A DNA stretch of 64,000 nt from an uncultured Anaerolineales bacterium. Its GTDB lineage: Bacteria > Chloroflexota > Anaerolineae > CG2-30-64-16. Position 1 is the first letter of the stretch; each line of letters begins with the position of its first letter. A program made the translations under genes and the position numbers. Under the pieces are notes generated by a model that saw only the letters and a list, made by a program, of their open reading frames with translations, made no database searches and was not told the DNA's origin. This document shows, piece after piece, positions 7,620 to 16,363 of this stretch. The stretch is from assembly GCA_964551735.1 (NCBI GenBank), contig CAZKEF010000001.1, forward strand, positions 118,167 through 182,166. Reading direction: 5' to 3'.

Positions 7620-10215
7620 ACTCATCCGGTACATCCTGCGCCGGGCCGCAGTAGTCCTGCTGACGGTGATCGCCAGCGTGTACGTGACCATCCTGGCCGC
7701 GAACCTGGGCGGCCATGTGGATAAAATCACGCGCGGCATCATCATTGACCGGCTTGAGTTGCGGGCTGACACGCCGGAGATGCGGGCCCTCACGCCCGAA
7801 CAGCGGAATGCGATCTACCAACAGGAACTGACCAGGTTAGAGAAGGCCGCGGGGCTGCACGAACCCTTCATCTGGCGCAGCTTCCGCCATCTGGCGCGGA
7901 TCCTCACGCTCGACTGGGGGCGCAGCTGGGCCACCTTGACCGGCAAACTCGCGGCGTCGGGTTCGCGGCTCTACGACAACCGGCTGATCATCGCTGATCG
8001 GATCCCTGCCACCCTGCTTCTGCTCGGCTTCGCCACCCTATTCACCTTTATCAGCAGCCTCTACCTCGGGCTGTACCTCTCGCAAAACCGCGGCCGGTGG
8101 TTGGGCGACGCGGCGGCTCTGCTTTCTCCCCTCTCATCCATGCCGGCCTGGTTCTATGGCGTGTTCCTGGTCGCCATCCTCGGCGCAGTGCTGCCTGCTC
8201 GCGGTATGCTGCCCACGCCACCGCCTGAGTCCAGGTTCCACTATGCCCTGGGCGTGGCAGAGCATATGATCCTGCCTTCTCTGGCCATCTGCCTCAGCGT
8301 CTTCTTCGTCAGCGTCAATACTTGGCGCACTTACTTCCAGATCTACGCCAACGAAGACTATGTCGAACTTGCCCGTGCCAAGGGCCTCACGCCGGCGCTG
8401 ATCAGGCGGCGCTTTATCCTGCGTCCAGCGCTGCCGGCGGTCTTTACCGGCTTCTCCCTGACGCTCCTGGGGATCTGGTCTGGCTCACTGGTGCTGGAGA
8501 TCCTGTTCGATTGGCCGGGGTTAGGACAGCTCTACTATACTGCCGTCAACACGTTGAACACCGGGCTGGTCTTGGGGCTGACTGTCGTCTACGCGTGCTT
8601 CCTGGGCATCACGCTGTTCATCCTGGACATCGCGTACGCGCTGGTAGATCCGCGCATTCGCATCGCTGACCAAAGCGACGGCCCGCAAGACCTGAGGATC
8701 GCGCGGGCGATCAGCCGCAGCGAACGGATACGGCTGTGGCTCCGGGACGCCAGGGATCGGCTCAGTAACTTGCTCACGTCCCCTAGAGGTTCACCCTCAA
8801 GCCAGCGTCCGGGTGAGATCGCACCGATGTCACTCGCCCCCAGGCCCCGCCGCTGGATGCCCGCAAGCTCCCGGCCGGTTGCCGAACGCCTGCGCCGCGG
8901 CCTGGCAGACCTGGCGAGCCACCCCTCAGCCCTGGTTGGGCTGTTCGTGATCGGCACTATGATCTGCATCGCGATCTATGCGGTCGTCGCGATTCCGCGG
9001 GACGAAGCTATCAGGCAGTGGCGCATCTCACCCAGCCTTGAGCTGCCGCGTAACGCCCGGCCCGTCTGGTTCAACCTGTTCACCCGCACCAAGCTCCCGG
9101 CGACGATCATTCTGGACAGCCACGCCGGGCAAGCCGAGAAGCGGGTGGAGACGTTCAACGGGGGCAAAGAGATCCTCCTGGCCTTCAATGTCCATTATCC
9201 GTATGACGCTTTCCCCCAGGAATTGAATGTCCTCTTCGACGTCGAATTCGATAGCCGGCCGCCGCACGTCGCGTTGTCATGGCTCACGCCCGATGGCCGG
9301 GAGATCCGGATCGGCGAACTGGCGCCAACCCGCCAACAACTGTATCGGTTCAACCAGGATAGCCGCTTGGTGCGGCGCTCGAATGCCGCGCCACCCCAGC
9401 GCGTGCTTTTCCTGGGCCCCACTGGGACCGGTGATGCGCCCGTCAAAGGCGCCTACCGTCTGCAGATCAGCGGTCTGTTCTTCGAGGAAGCCGGGGACCT
9501 GGAAGCCCGTTTCGTGGTGCTTGGCCAGGTTCACGGTCTGGCAGGCACCGATCACCTGCGCCGCGACCTGATGATGGGGCTGCTGTGGGGCACGCCCACC
9601 GCCCTGGCGTTCGGCCTGTTGGGCGCGTTGCTGACTGGCATCGGCACCCTGCTGCTGGCGGCGGTGGGCGCCTGGTTTGGCGGCGCCTTAGATGCAGCCA
9701 TCCAGCGCCTTACCGAGATCAACCTGGCGCTGCCCGCGCTGCCCATCCTGGCGATGGTCGCTAAATTCTACACACTGAGCATCTGGTACTTGCTGGCCGC
9801 GGCCGTGCTGCTGAACATCTTCAGCAGCTCGCTCAAGTCATATCGGGCGATCCTGCTCCAAGCGAAGACCGCGCCCTACATCACAGCGGCTCTCGCTTAC
9901 GGCGCAGGGGACGGCCGCATCATCCGCGCCTACCTGATCCCGCGCATTGCCCAGGTGGTGATCCCCCAGATGGTGATCCTGGCGCCGGCTTACGTCTTCC
10001 TCGAGGCGGCGCTGGCCTTCCTGGGCCGCAGCGACCCCGCGCTCCCCACCTGGGGCAAGATCATCCATGATGCCCATGTGAACGGCGCCCTCCTGTACGG
10101 GAACCACTATTGGATATTGCTGCCGGCATGTTTGTTGCTGCTGCTCAGCCTGGCGTTTGCGCTGGTCGGACGCGATCTGGAGCGCGTCCTGGACCCGCGA
10201 CTGCGCGCAGCGTGA
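7591..10215 (+). CDS. fused ABC permease (DppB/OppB-like domain plus DppC/OppC-like domain)
   Basis: Two binding-protein-dependent transport inner-membrane domains (..ELARAKGLTPALIRRRFILRPALP.. and ..AALAYGAGDGRIIRAYLIPRIAQVV..) are joined by an Arg/Pro/Ser-rich linker of about 100 aa. No cognate ATPase or binding-protein gene is nearby. Confidence 0.8.
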   Translation: MIHVDPWHNRLIRYILRRAAVVLLTVIASVYVTILAANLGGHVDKITRGIIIDRLELRADTPEMRALTPEQRNAIYQQELTRLEKAAGLHEPFIWRSFRHLARILTLDWGRSWATLTGKLAASGSRLYDNRLIIADRIPATLLLLGFATLFTFISSLYLGLYLSQNRGRWLGDAAALLSPLSSMPAWFYGVFLVAILGAVLPARGMLPTPPPESRFHYALGVAEHMILPSLAICLSVFFVSVNTWRTYFQIYANEDYVELARAKGLTPALIRRRFILRPALPAVFTGFSLTLLGIWSGSLVLEILFDWPGLGQLYYTAVNTLNTGLVLGLTVVYACFLGITLFILDIAYALVDPRIRIADQSDGPQDLRIARAISRSERIRLWLRDARDRLSNLLTSPRGSPSSQRPGEIAPMSLAPRPRRWMPASSRPVAERLRRGLADLASHPSALVGLFVIGTMICIAIYAVVAIPRDEAIRQWRISPSLELPRNARPVWFNLFTRTKLPATIILDSHAGQAEKRVETFNGGKEILLAFNVHYPYDAFPQELNVLFDVEFDSRPPHVALSWLTPDGREIRIGELAPTRQQLYRFNQDSRLVRRSNAAPPQRVLFLGPTGTGDAPVKGAYRLQISGLFFEEAGDLEARFVVLGQVHGLAGTDHLRRDLMMGLLWGTPTALAFGLLGALLTGIGTLLLAAVGAWFGGALDAAIQRLTEINLALPALPILAMVAKFYTLSIWYLLAAAVLLNIFSSSLKSYRAILLQAKTAPYITAALAYGAGDGRIIRAYLIPRIAQVVIPQMVILAPAYVFLEAALAFLGRSDPALPTWGKIIHDAHVNGALLYGNHYWILLPACLLLLLSLAFALVGRDLERVLDPRLRAA

Positions 10216-10250
10216 GCCACCGTTCGAGAGACACAAAGGGAGATGATGGG

Positions 10251-11147
10251 ATGAGCAGGGAACCGCTCTGGGCGCCCGGCGCGACGCCCCCGCCGCCGGG
10301 CCAGCGCGTGCTGCTGGCAGTCTTCGCACACCCAGACGACGAATCGTTCGGGCCGGGCGGCACGCTGGCGCGCTACGCCGCGGAGGGCGTGACGGTGTGG
10401 CTGGTCTGCGGCACCGATGGCGACGCCGGGACCGTGGACGCCGCAAAGCTGGAAGGCTATGCCAGCACGAGCCAACTGCGCGCGGCCGAGTTGTGCTGCG
10501 CGGCGCAGACGTTGGGGCTGGCCGGGGTGGACTGGCTGGGCTATCGCGACAGCGGCATGGCCGGCGCGCCGGAGAACCAGCACCCCGACAGCCTGGTGCA
10601 GGCGCCGCTGGATCAGCTCGTCGGCCAGCTCGTGGCCTCGATCCGCCGCCACCGGCCGCAGGTGATCCTCTGCGACAACCGGCACGGCGGCTACGGCCAC
10701 CCCGACCACATCAAGCTGCACCAGGCGACCATGCTGGCGGTCGCGGCCGCGGCCGACCCGGCGCGTTACCTCGCGGCCGGCACGGCGCACCGCGTCGAAG
10801 CGGTGTACCATCCCGCGTTCACCGCCGGGCTGCTGAAGGTGATCGTGCGCCTGATGCCGCTCTTCGGCCGCGACCCGCGGCGCTTTGGCCGCAACCACGA
10901 CATTGACCTGCTGCAGGTGATCAGTTGGGAGGCGCCCGTCCACGCGCGGATTGACATCAGCCACCACCTGGAGGTCAAACAGCGGGCGTCGGCCTGCCAC
11001 GAAAGCCAGGCCGGGCCGGGCGGCATGTTCCGCTGGCTGCCGAAGTTCATTTTACGGCGCATGAACAGCACCGAGAGCTTCACGCAGGCGATCCCTGCGC
11101 CGGGGAAGGGGGTGCGGCGGGAGTTGTTCCTGAAGGCAGGGATGTAA
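10251..11147 (+). CDS. PIG-L/LmbE-family deacetylase, copy A
   Basis: Metal-binding motifs VFAHPDDESFGPGGTLARY and GGYGHPDHIKLH. About 99% identical to 27504..28400. Confidence 0.9.
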   Translation: MSREPLWAPGATPPPPGQRVLLAVFAHPDDESFGPGGTLARYAAEGVTVWLVCGTDGDAGTVDAAKLEGYASTSQLRAAELCCAAQTLGLAGVDWLGYRDSGMAGAPENQHPDSLVQAPLDQLVGQLVASIRRHRPQVILCDNRHGGYGHPDHIKLHQATMLAVAAAADPARYLAAGTAHRVEAVYHPAFTAGLLKVIVRLMPLFGRDPRRFGRNHDIDLLQVISWEAPVHARIDISHHLEVKQRASACHESQAGPGGMFRWLPKFILRRMNSTESFTQAIPAPGKGVRRELFLKAGM

Positions 11148-11209
11148 TCTGCGAGATTCTTTCGCTTGGCAGAAGGCGCGCGCCTGACTACCCACCCATC
11201 CAATCCCCG

Positions 11210-11252
11210 AACTCCCCAGTTGGCCGATGCCGCCGGGGAGTTTTCGTTGTAT
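11210..11252 (+). terminator. hairpin (AACTCCCC..GGGGAGTT) followed by TTTTCGTTGT
   Basis: 8-bp stem, 17-nt loop and a T-rich tail, 63 nt after the PIG-L stop. An identical copy lies at 28463..28505. Confidence 0.5.
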
Positions 11253-11371
11253 CCTGTTATGCAGGAGACAAACGGGCGATCAAGGAGGTCACAGACGAAC
11301 GGTTCCCAGTTGAGTAAATCTCGGTTCATTCGCCCGTGAGCAGAAATCGGTCTCAGGGCGCTTCATATAAT

Positions 11372-13045
11372 TCAACCCGCCCCCCATAAAAATCGCGCTG
11401 CCGGGTCACGCGCATCTGCGCCGCCAGCGTTTGTGGAACTACCCCCCCCTGGATCAGTATACGAGTTATGACTGTAAACCAGCCAGACCCTTTTCCGGCC
11501 GCTCACCAATGATACCAACCCGGGGATGTCATCAGCCATCATCTGGGGTTCCAGGACACCGCTATCGAACAGATCGAGCGGAACGCCCTGTTTCATGACC
11601 TGGAGAGCATACTGCTGCTCATAGGGCTTGAAATAGTAGTCGAACGGGATCTCCACGAAGTTGGAGTTGAAAAGGACCAAATCATCCTTTTGCGCGAAAT
11701 TGGCGACATAACCGGCAGGGGTGCGCCAATCCTCTTTGGTCATGAACCTGAAATAATCGCTGGCAGCAAACAGGTTGAAGGTGCTCAAAATCCCCACCAC
11801 CACGATCATCAGAAAGCGAAATCTCAATTGAACGATGCCGGCCGCCAGCACCAGGATCAACGGGATCGTGAGCCAGATCAGAGTGCGATCGTAAAAGATG
11901 GGCCGGCGGATGCTCACGATCAGCTCGCCCAGGAAAGGGATGGCGAACAGGGCCGCCAGAAACAGGAGCTGCGTCATGCGCTTCCGGTAGTGCAGCAGCC
12001 CCAGGCCGAGCACCAACGCGAACGTGATCCAGGTCACCGTGAACTCGCCGGTCTGTCCGGGCGTCGGCGTGGGCGCATTTACGAAGGATTTGAGCGCCCG
12101 GAGAACAGTGTCCCAGGTCGGCGCAGGGATCCAAAACTCTTCATAGACCCTACCGGCCTGCCTGATGAAGGCCAGGATCCACGGGCTCCAGAGCAAGAGA
12201 ATGCCGATCTGCGCCATCACCCAGTTCCCGAAAGCGGGAGCCCGGAAGGCGGGCGGCAGCCCCGCTTTCTTGATCCTTTCAAACAGCAGCAGCCCCAAGA
12301 TGAACACATTCGCGGCAAAAAGGAGAAGAAGCGCCGTGTGATGGGTGAGCAAGGCTGCGACCGAGAACACGATGAATGCCACCCAGGCCAGGTCAGTCTC
12401 AAGGATCCGGATGGGCGGCCAACGATGGCGGGACAGCCAGGCGCGCCAGCCGGTCCGGTTGCGTGGTTCAACCTGATAGCTGAAATCCCTTCGGACCTCT
12501 GGTTCGACCGGCCCAGGTGTACGCCAGGCGTGCAGATACTCCCGCAACTGGCTGCCGATGGGCCTGCTGGCGCGGGAATCCGTCAGCAGCCCGACCAGCG
12601 CATAGATCGCCACCGCGGCGTTGAACGTCAGGAGGGTGTACATGCGCGCTTCCTGGGCGTAACGGATGTTGAAGGGCGAAAACGCCAGCAGCACCGCTGC
12701 CGCCAGGCCCAGCACCGCGCCCGACAAGCGCTTGCCGATCAGGTAAACGATCGGGATCGTCCCCGCACCGAACAGCACCGAGAGCAGACGGACATGATAG
12801 GGCGTGTCTTTGCCGAGCGCGATCCAGCCGTGGAGCAGGAGATAATAGAGGGGGGGATGCTGGTCAATCCTAACCGTCCACCCGACCAGTTCGGGGATAC
12901 TGTGGTTGGCGAGCCAGACGCTGAACGTTTCATCCAACCACATCCCTTTGCTGTCGAGCAGCAAAACGCGCAGCACACCACCCACCACGGTGATGAATGC
13001 AACCAACCAGGGCGCCAGCTCTTCAAAATCAGTTTCCTCGTTCAT
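11372..13045 (-). CDS. GT39/PMT_2-type polytopic glycosyltransferase (ArnT/dolichyl-phosphate-mannose mannosyltransferase-like); the 3' end is probably frameshifted
   Basis: MWLDETFSVWLANHS..DQHPPLYYLLLHGW..AFSPFNIRYAQEARMY and many TM segments. ATG 13045 has an AGGAAAG RBS; the ORF-track start 13390 adds non-homologous sequence. A G8 tract at 11442..11449 opens a better-looking alternative C-terminus that ends at 11353. Confidence 0.85.
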   Translation of the reverse strand: MNEETDFEELAPWLVAFITVVGGVLRVLLLDSKGMWLDETFSVWLANHSIPELVGWTVRIDQHPPLYYLLLHGWIALGKDTPYHVRLLSVLFGAGTIPIVYLIGKRLSGAVLGLAAAVLLAFSPFNIRYAQEARMYTLLTFNAAVAIYALVGLLTDSRASRPIGSQLREYLHAWRTPGPVEPEVRRDFSYQVEPRNRTGWRAWLSRHRWPPIRILETDLAWVAFIVFSVAALLTHHTALLLLFAANVFILGLLLFERIKKAGLPPAFRAPAFGNWVMAQIGILLLWSPWILAFIRQAGRVYEEFWIPAPTWDTVLRALKSFVNAPTPTPGQTGEFTVTWITFALVLGLGLLHYRKRMTQLLFLAALFAIPFLGELIVSIRRPIFYDRTLIWLTIPLILVLAAGIVQLRFRFLMIVVVGILSTFNLFAASDYFRFMTKEDWRTPAGYVANFAQKDDLVLFNSNFVEIPFDYYFKPYEQQYALQVMKQGVPLDLFDSGVLEPQMMADDIPGLVSLVSGRKRVWLVYSHNSYTDPGGGSSTNAGGADARDPAARFLWGAG

Positions 13046-13179
13046 CGTCTTTCCTGCTGCTGCCTTTGTGTATACTCGATTATACCACCACGCCGCAAAC
13101 AGGGAGTACCCCCTGTCAGGAGTTCTCAAGATAGACAAGCGCGCAGCCATCCTAAGCAGTTTTGATCTAAACAACATGC

Positions 13180-13209
13180 TTGTCAAACAGACCTGTCCTG
13201 CTGTATAAT
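13180..13209 (+). promoter_or_regulatory. candidate sigma70-type promoter TTGTCA-18-TATAAT
   Basis: -35 at 13180..13185 and -10 at 13204..13209, about 170 nt upstream of the histidine-kinase start. Confidence 0.45.
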
Positions 13210-13378
13210 AATCAGGCTGCTGATCTTGCGGCGGCATGAGCAACGGGAGGACGTACATGGATTCCACCCTGCTTGCCTCCAAACGCGCTAGGCCCCATTC
13301 AATCCCCGACCTGGTGGCGCGACCGCGCCCCACGCAGCGGCTCCGCGATGGCCCTCGAACGATGATCATGGAGTCAAA

Positions 13379-15658
13379 ATGAAGCGACACTGGTGGAACA
13401 GCCTGCGGGTCAGGATCATCGCCTGGTCTTTCGTGCCCACCGTGATCATCCTCTCAGCGGTGGCCTGGTTCACTTTTTACTCCTACCAATCAGTGATCGG
13501 CGATCAGGCCGTCAAGCAAGACTGGGCGGTTGTCCAATCAAAGACCAAACCGCTCTTTGAGGCCTTCGTTGACTTGGCCAATCCCACGCTGATCCGAGCA
13601 CTCCTGCAGATCGATCTCAGAAAAGAGGATCCCCTCGAGGTCCGAGCTCAGACTATCCTTGACCAGACGCCGGGCCTCGACATTTTCGACGGCGGCATCT
13701 ACTTTGTGGAGCAACAGGGAAAGGTCTACAAAACGTGGCCGGAGCAGCCGGACGTCCTGGGCCAGGACTGGTCGGGCACCCCCCACTTTCGTTTTGTGAT
13801 CGATCACCCGGGCAGGGCCGCAGACACCGATCTCAGACATATCGAGTCCAGCGGGAAGGAGATCCTTTGCTCGACGGTGGCACAGAACGGCCCGCGGGGT
13901 GAATTCGTGGGTGCCGCTTATTTCTGTTTCACTGTCTATCCGGCCACGCAGAACGCCTACTACGAAGCATTCCGCAAAGCGTTTGAAGTCGCGGGTCTGG
14001 GCCCGAATTCATACATAATTGATGGGAACCAACGCATCATTTTTTCCCTGGATCCGTCCCAAATGGGCAAGGATCTGTCTGGAGAAGCTTACCTTCAACA
14101 GCTTCTTCAGGGGCAAAGCGCGAGTAGACGGTTCCGCAAAGGGCAAGAAGATGTGTTGGTCAGCTATGCCCCGGTGTGGGCTTTTTCCAGCAACCTGGTG
14201 CTCTGGAATCTCATCAAAGAGGAAAGCTGGGCTGATGTCATGCGGCCTTCCCTGCCCTACCGGCAGCTCTTGCTCGTCCTGCTGGCGTTGGGCGTGGTCG
14301 TGCCGGTGCTGGTGACCGCCTACGGCGTCAGACACATCACCGTTCCCATCCAGAAGTTGATCCAGACCTCCAAGCAGGTAACCGCGGGCCAGTTCGAGCA
14401 CCGCATCGAGGTCAAGACAGGTGACGAGGTCGAGGCGCTGGCCGACCAGTTCAACTTGATGTCGGCAGAACTGGGCGATTCCTATGCTTCGCTGGAGAAA
14501 AAAGTCGCCGAGCGCACCCATGAATTGGCCACACTCAACGCCATCGCTGCGCGTGTGAGCAGTTCGCTCGATCTCAACGAGATCATGGCGGACGCGCTGG
14601 AGCGAATCATGGAACTGACCGGGATGGAGCATGGCGTCGCTTATCGCATTGCGGGCGGCGAAGGCGGCGCGGAGGAAGCTCATCTCCGCGTGATGGCATA
14701 TCGCGGGCTGCCACCCACCTTTGCCGATCTAGGCGATGGGTTGCCCTTGAGTCAGAGCGCCGCCGGCGTTGCAGGCCGCCGCGGTGAACCCGTGATCTGG
14801 ACACTGGCGGAGTTGCCTACGGAAAGCGGTGTGAGAGAGAGAATCGCGACTTTAGGGGTTGAGCAGGTCATTGCGATTCCGCTGATGGCCAAAGATAGAT
14901 TGGTCGGATCGCTCAATCTCAGCACGAATCGAAGCCGGGCCTTTTCGCCGGAGCAGGTCGCACTCTTGAAGACGGTTGGGCAGCAGATCGGCGTGGCTGT
15001 TGAGAATGCCCGCTTGTACGAACAGGCTCAACATACAGCTGTTGCGGCCGAGCGAAACCGACTGGCTCGCGAGCTCCATGATGCCGTCACGCAAACCCTT
15101 TTCTCCGCCAATCTCATCGCCGATGTGATCCCCCGGATCTGGAAACGCAATCCCCAAGAGGGCATGCAGAGCCTGGAAGAGCTGCGCCAGTTGACGCGTG
15201 GTGCACTGGCAGAGATGCGGACATTGCTGTTGGAGATGCGGCCCGAATCTCTGGAGCGGTCCGATCTCAAGTCCCTCCTCACCCAACTGGCCGATGCCTT
15301 TGTCGGGCGCGTCCGCATCCCGGTGGCCCTGACGATCGAGGGAGAGTGCGAGCTGACCCATGATGTGAAGCTGGTCTTCTACCGCGTTGCCCAGGAAGCC
15401 CTGAACAACATCGCCAAGCATGCGGGCGCCCGGCAGGTCGAGCTGCGCCTGGAATGCCAGGCCGGTCAGATGACCCTCTCTATCAGAGACGATGGATTGG
15501 GTTTTGAGCCCGGCTCACTCCCCCCGGGACACATGGGGGTCGCGATCATGCGCGAGCGGGCCAACGCGATCGGGGCCAGCCTGGCGATCGAAAGCCAGGC
15601 CGGCCGGGGAACAACCGTGACACTGGACTGGAAATCGGCAGGGAAGGGCTTGCCCTGA
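13379..15658 (+). CDS. sensor histidine kinase (TM, extracytoplasmic Cache-like domain, TM, HAMP, GAF, HisKA_3, HATPase_c)
   Basis: H-box RLARELHDAVTQTLFS, N-box QEALNNIAKHA and G-box IRDDGLGF..GVAIMRERA. Two TM segments flank a sensor domain of about 270 aa. Confidence 0.9.
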   Translation: MKRHWWNSLRVRIIAWSFVPTVIILSAVAWFTFYSYQSVIGDQAVKQDWAVVQSKTKPLFEAFVDLANPTLIRALLQIDLRKEDPLEVRAQTILDQTPGLDIFDGGIYFVEQQGKVYKTWPEQPDVLGQDWSGTPHFRFVIDHPGRAADTDLRHIESSGKEILCSTVAQNGPRGEFVGAAYFCFTVYPATQNAYYEAFRKAFEVAGLGPNSYIIDGNQRIIFSLDPSQMGKDLSGEAYLQQLLQGQSASRRFRKGQEDVLVSYAPVWAFSSNLVLWNLIKEESWADVMRPSLPYRQLLLVLLALGVVVPVLVTAYGVRHITVPIQKLIQTSKQVTAGQFEHRIEVKTGDEVEALADQFNLMSAELGDSYASLEKKVAERTHELATLNAIAARVSSSLDLNEIMADALERIMELTGMEHGVAYRIAGGEGGAEEAHLRVMAYRGLPPTFADLGDGLPLSQSAAGVAGRRGEPVIWTLAELPTESGVRERIATLGVEQVIAIPLMAKDRLVGSLNLSTNRSRAFSPEQVALLKTVGQQIGVAVENARLYEQAQHTAVAAERNRLARELHDAVTQTLFSANLIADVIPRIWKRNPQEGMQSLEELRQLTRGALAEMRTLLLEMRPESLERSDLKSLLTQLADAFVGRVRIPVALTIEGECELTHDVKLVFYRVAQEALNNIAKHAGARQVELRLECQAGQMTLSIRDDGLGFEPGSLPPGHMGVAIMRERANAIGASLAIESQAGRGTTVTLDWKSAGKGLP

Positions 15659-15703
15659 GTGCAGCAAAGGACCTGCCCTGAGTGGAGCGAAGGAACGGCG
15701 CCG

Positions 15704-16348
15704 ATGAACACTCCTCAGACGATCCGCGTGATGCTGGTGGACGATCACAACGTGGTGCGCAGCGGCCTGGTCACCTTCTTGCGGGCCTACGACGACTTCG
15801 AGCTGGTGGGCGAGGCCAGAAACGGCCAGGAGGCAGTCAACCTGTGCCGTCGGTCCGTGCCCGACGTGATCCTGATGGATCTGAAGATGCCGGAGATGGA
15901 TGGCATAGCGGCCACGCGCGCCATCCTGGCCGCCCACCCGGATGTGCGCATCATCGCCATGACCAGCTTTGAAGAAGAGGAGCTTGTCCATGGCGTGCTG
16001 GCAGCGGGAGCGATCAGCTACCTGCTCAAGAACGTGACTTCCGATGAGCTGGCCAAGGCCATCAGGGATGCCGTCTCGGGCCGATCAACCCTGGCTCCCG
16101 AAGCCGCCAGGGTGCTTGTCCAGGCAACGCGCCCGCCGAAGCAGCCGTGGCAGGAATTGACCGAGCGAGAGCGGGAGGTCTTGAGCCTCGTTGTGCAGGG
16201 TCAAAGCAATCAACAGATCGCCGAAGCCTTGGTCGTCAGCGTCGCCACGGTCAAGGCCCATGTCAGCAGCATCCTCGCCAAGCTACAGGTCTCCAGCCGG
16301 ACGGAGGCCATCGCGTACGCGGTCAAGCACAAGATCGTTTCTTTGTAG
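15704..16348 (+). CDS. NarL/LuxR-family response regulator
   Basis: IRVMLVDDHNVVR...DVILMDLKMPEMDG plus a LuxR HTH LTEREREVLSLVVQGQSNQQIAEALVVSVATVKAHVSSILAKL. ATG 15704 follows GGAGCGAAGGA. Confidence 0.92.
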   Translation: MNTPQTIRVMLVDDHNVVRSGLVTFLRAYDDFELVGEARNGQEAVNLCRRSVPDVILMDLKMPEMDGIAATRAILAAHPDVRIIAMTSFEEEELVHGVLAAGAISYLLKNVTSDELAKAIRDAVSGRSTLAPEAARVLVQATRPPKQPWQELTEREREVLSLVVQGQSNQQIAEALVVSVATVKAHVSSILAKLQVSSRTEAIAYAVKHKIVSL

Positions 16349-16363
16349 ACGGAGTATTCCACT

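Larger units (their letters stand above)
10248..11252 (+). repeat. 1,005-bp direct duplication, copy A (partner 27501..28505)
   Basis: Base-by-base comparison. There are 4 mismatches in 10266..10334 and none seen in 10335..11128. There are 12 mismatches in 11129..11198, and the copies are identical again in 11199..11252. Confidence 0.95.

Noticed and set aside
10107-11000. 297-aa minus-strand ORF, and its twin at 27201..28253 (350 aa), antisense to the PIG-L genes
   Set aside because: The translations are Arg/Ala/Gly/Pro-rich and low-complexity with no recognisable motifs. They lie fully inside well-supported plus-strand genes and are typical GC-rich shadow ORFs. They are duplicated only because the underlying DNA is duplicated.
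11253-11352. A 26-codon ORF (ATG 11258) downstream of PIG-L copy A
   Set aside because: It has no RBS, no counterpart after copy B, and a Ser/Arg-rich translation. It is most likely chance.
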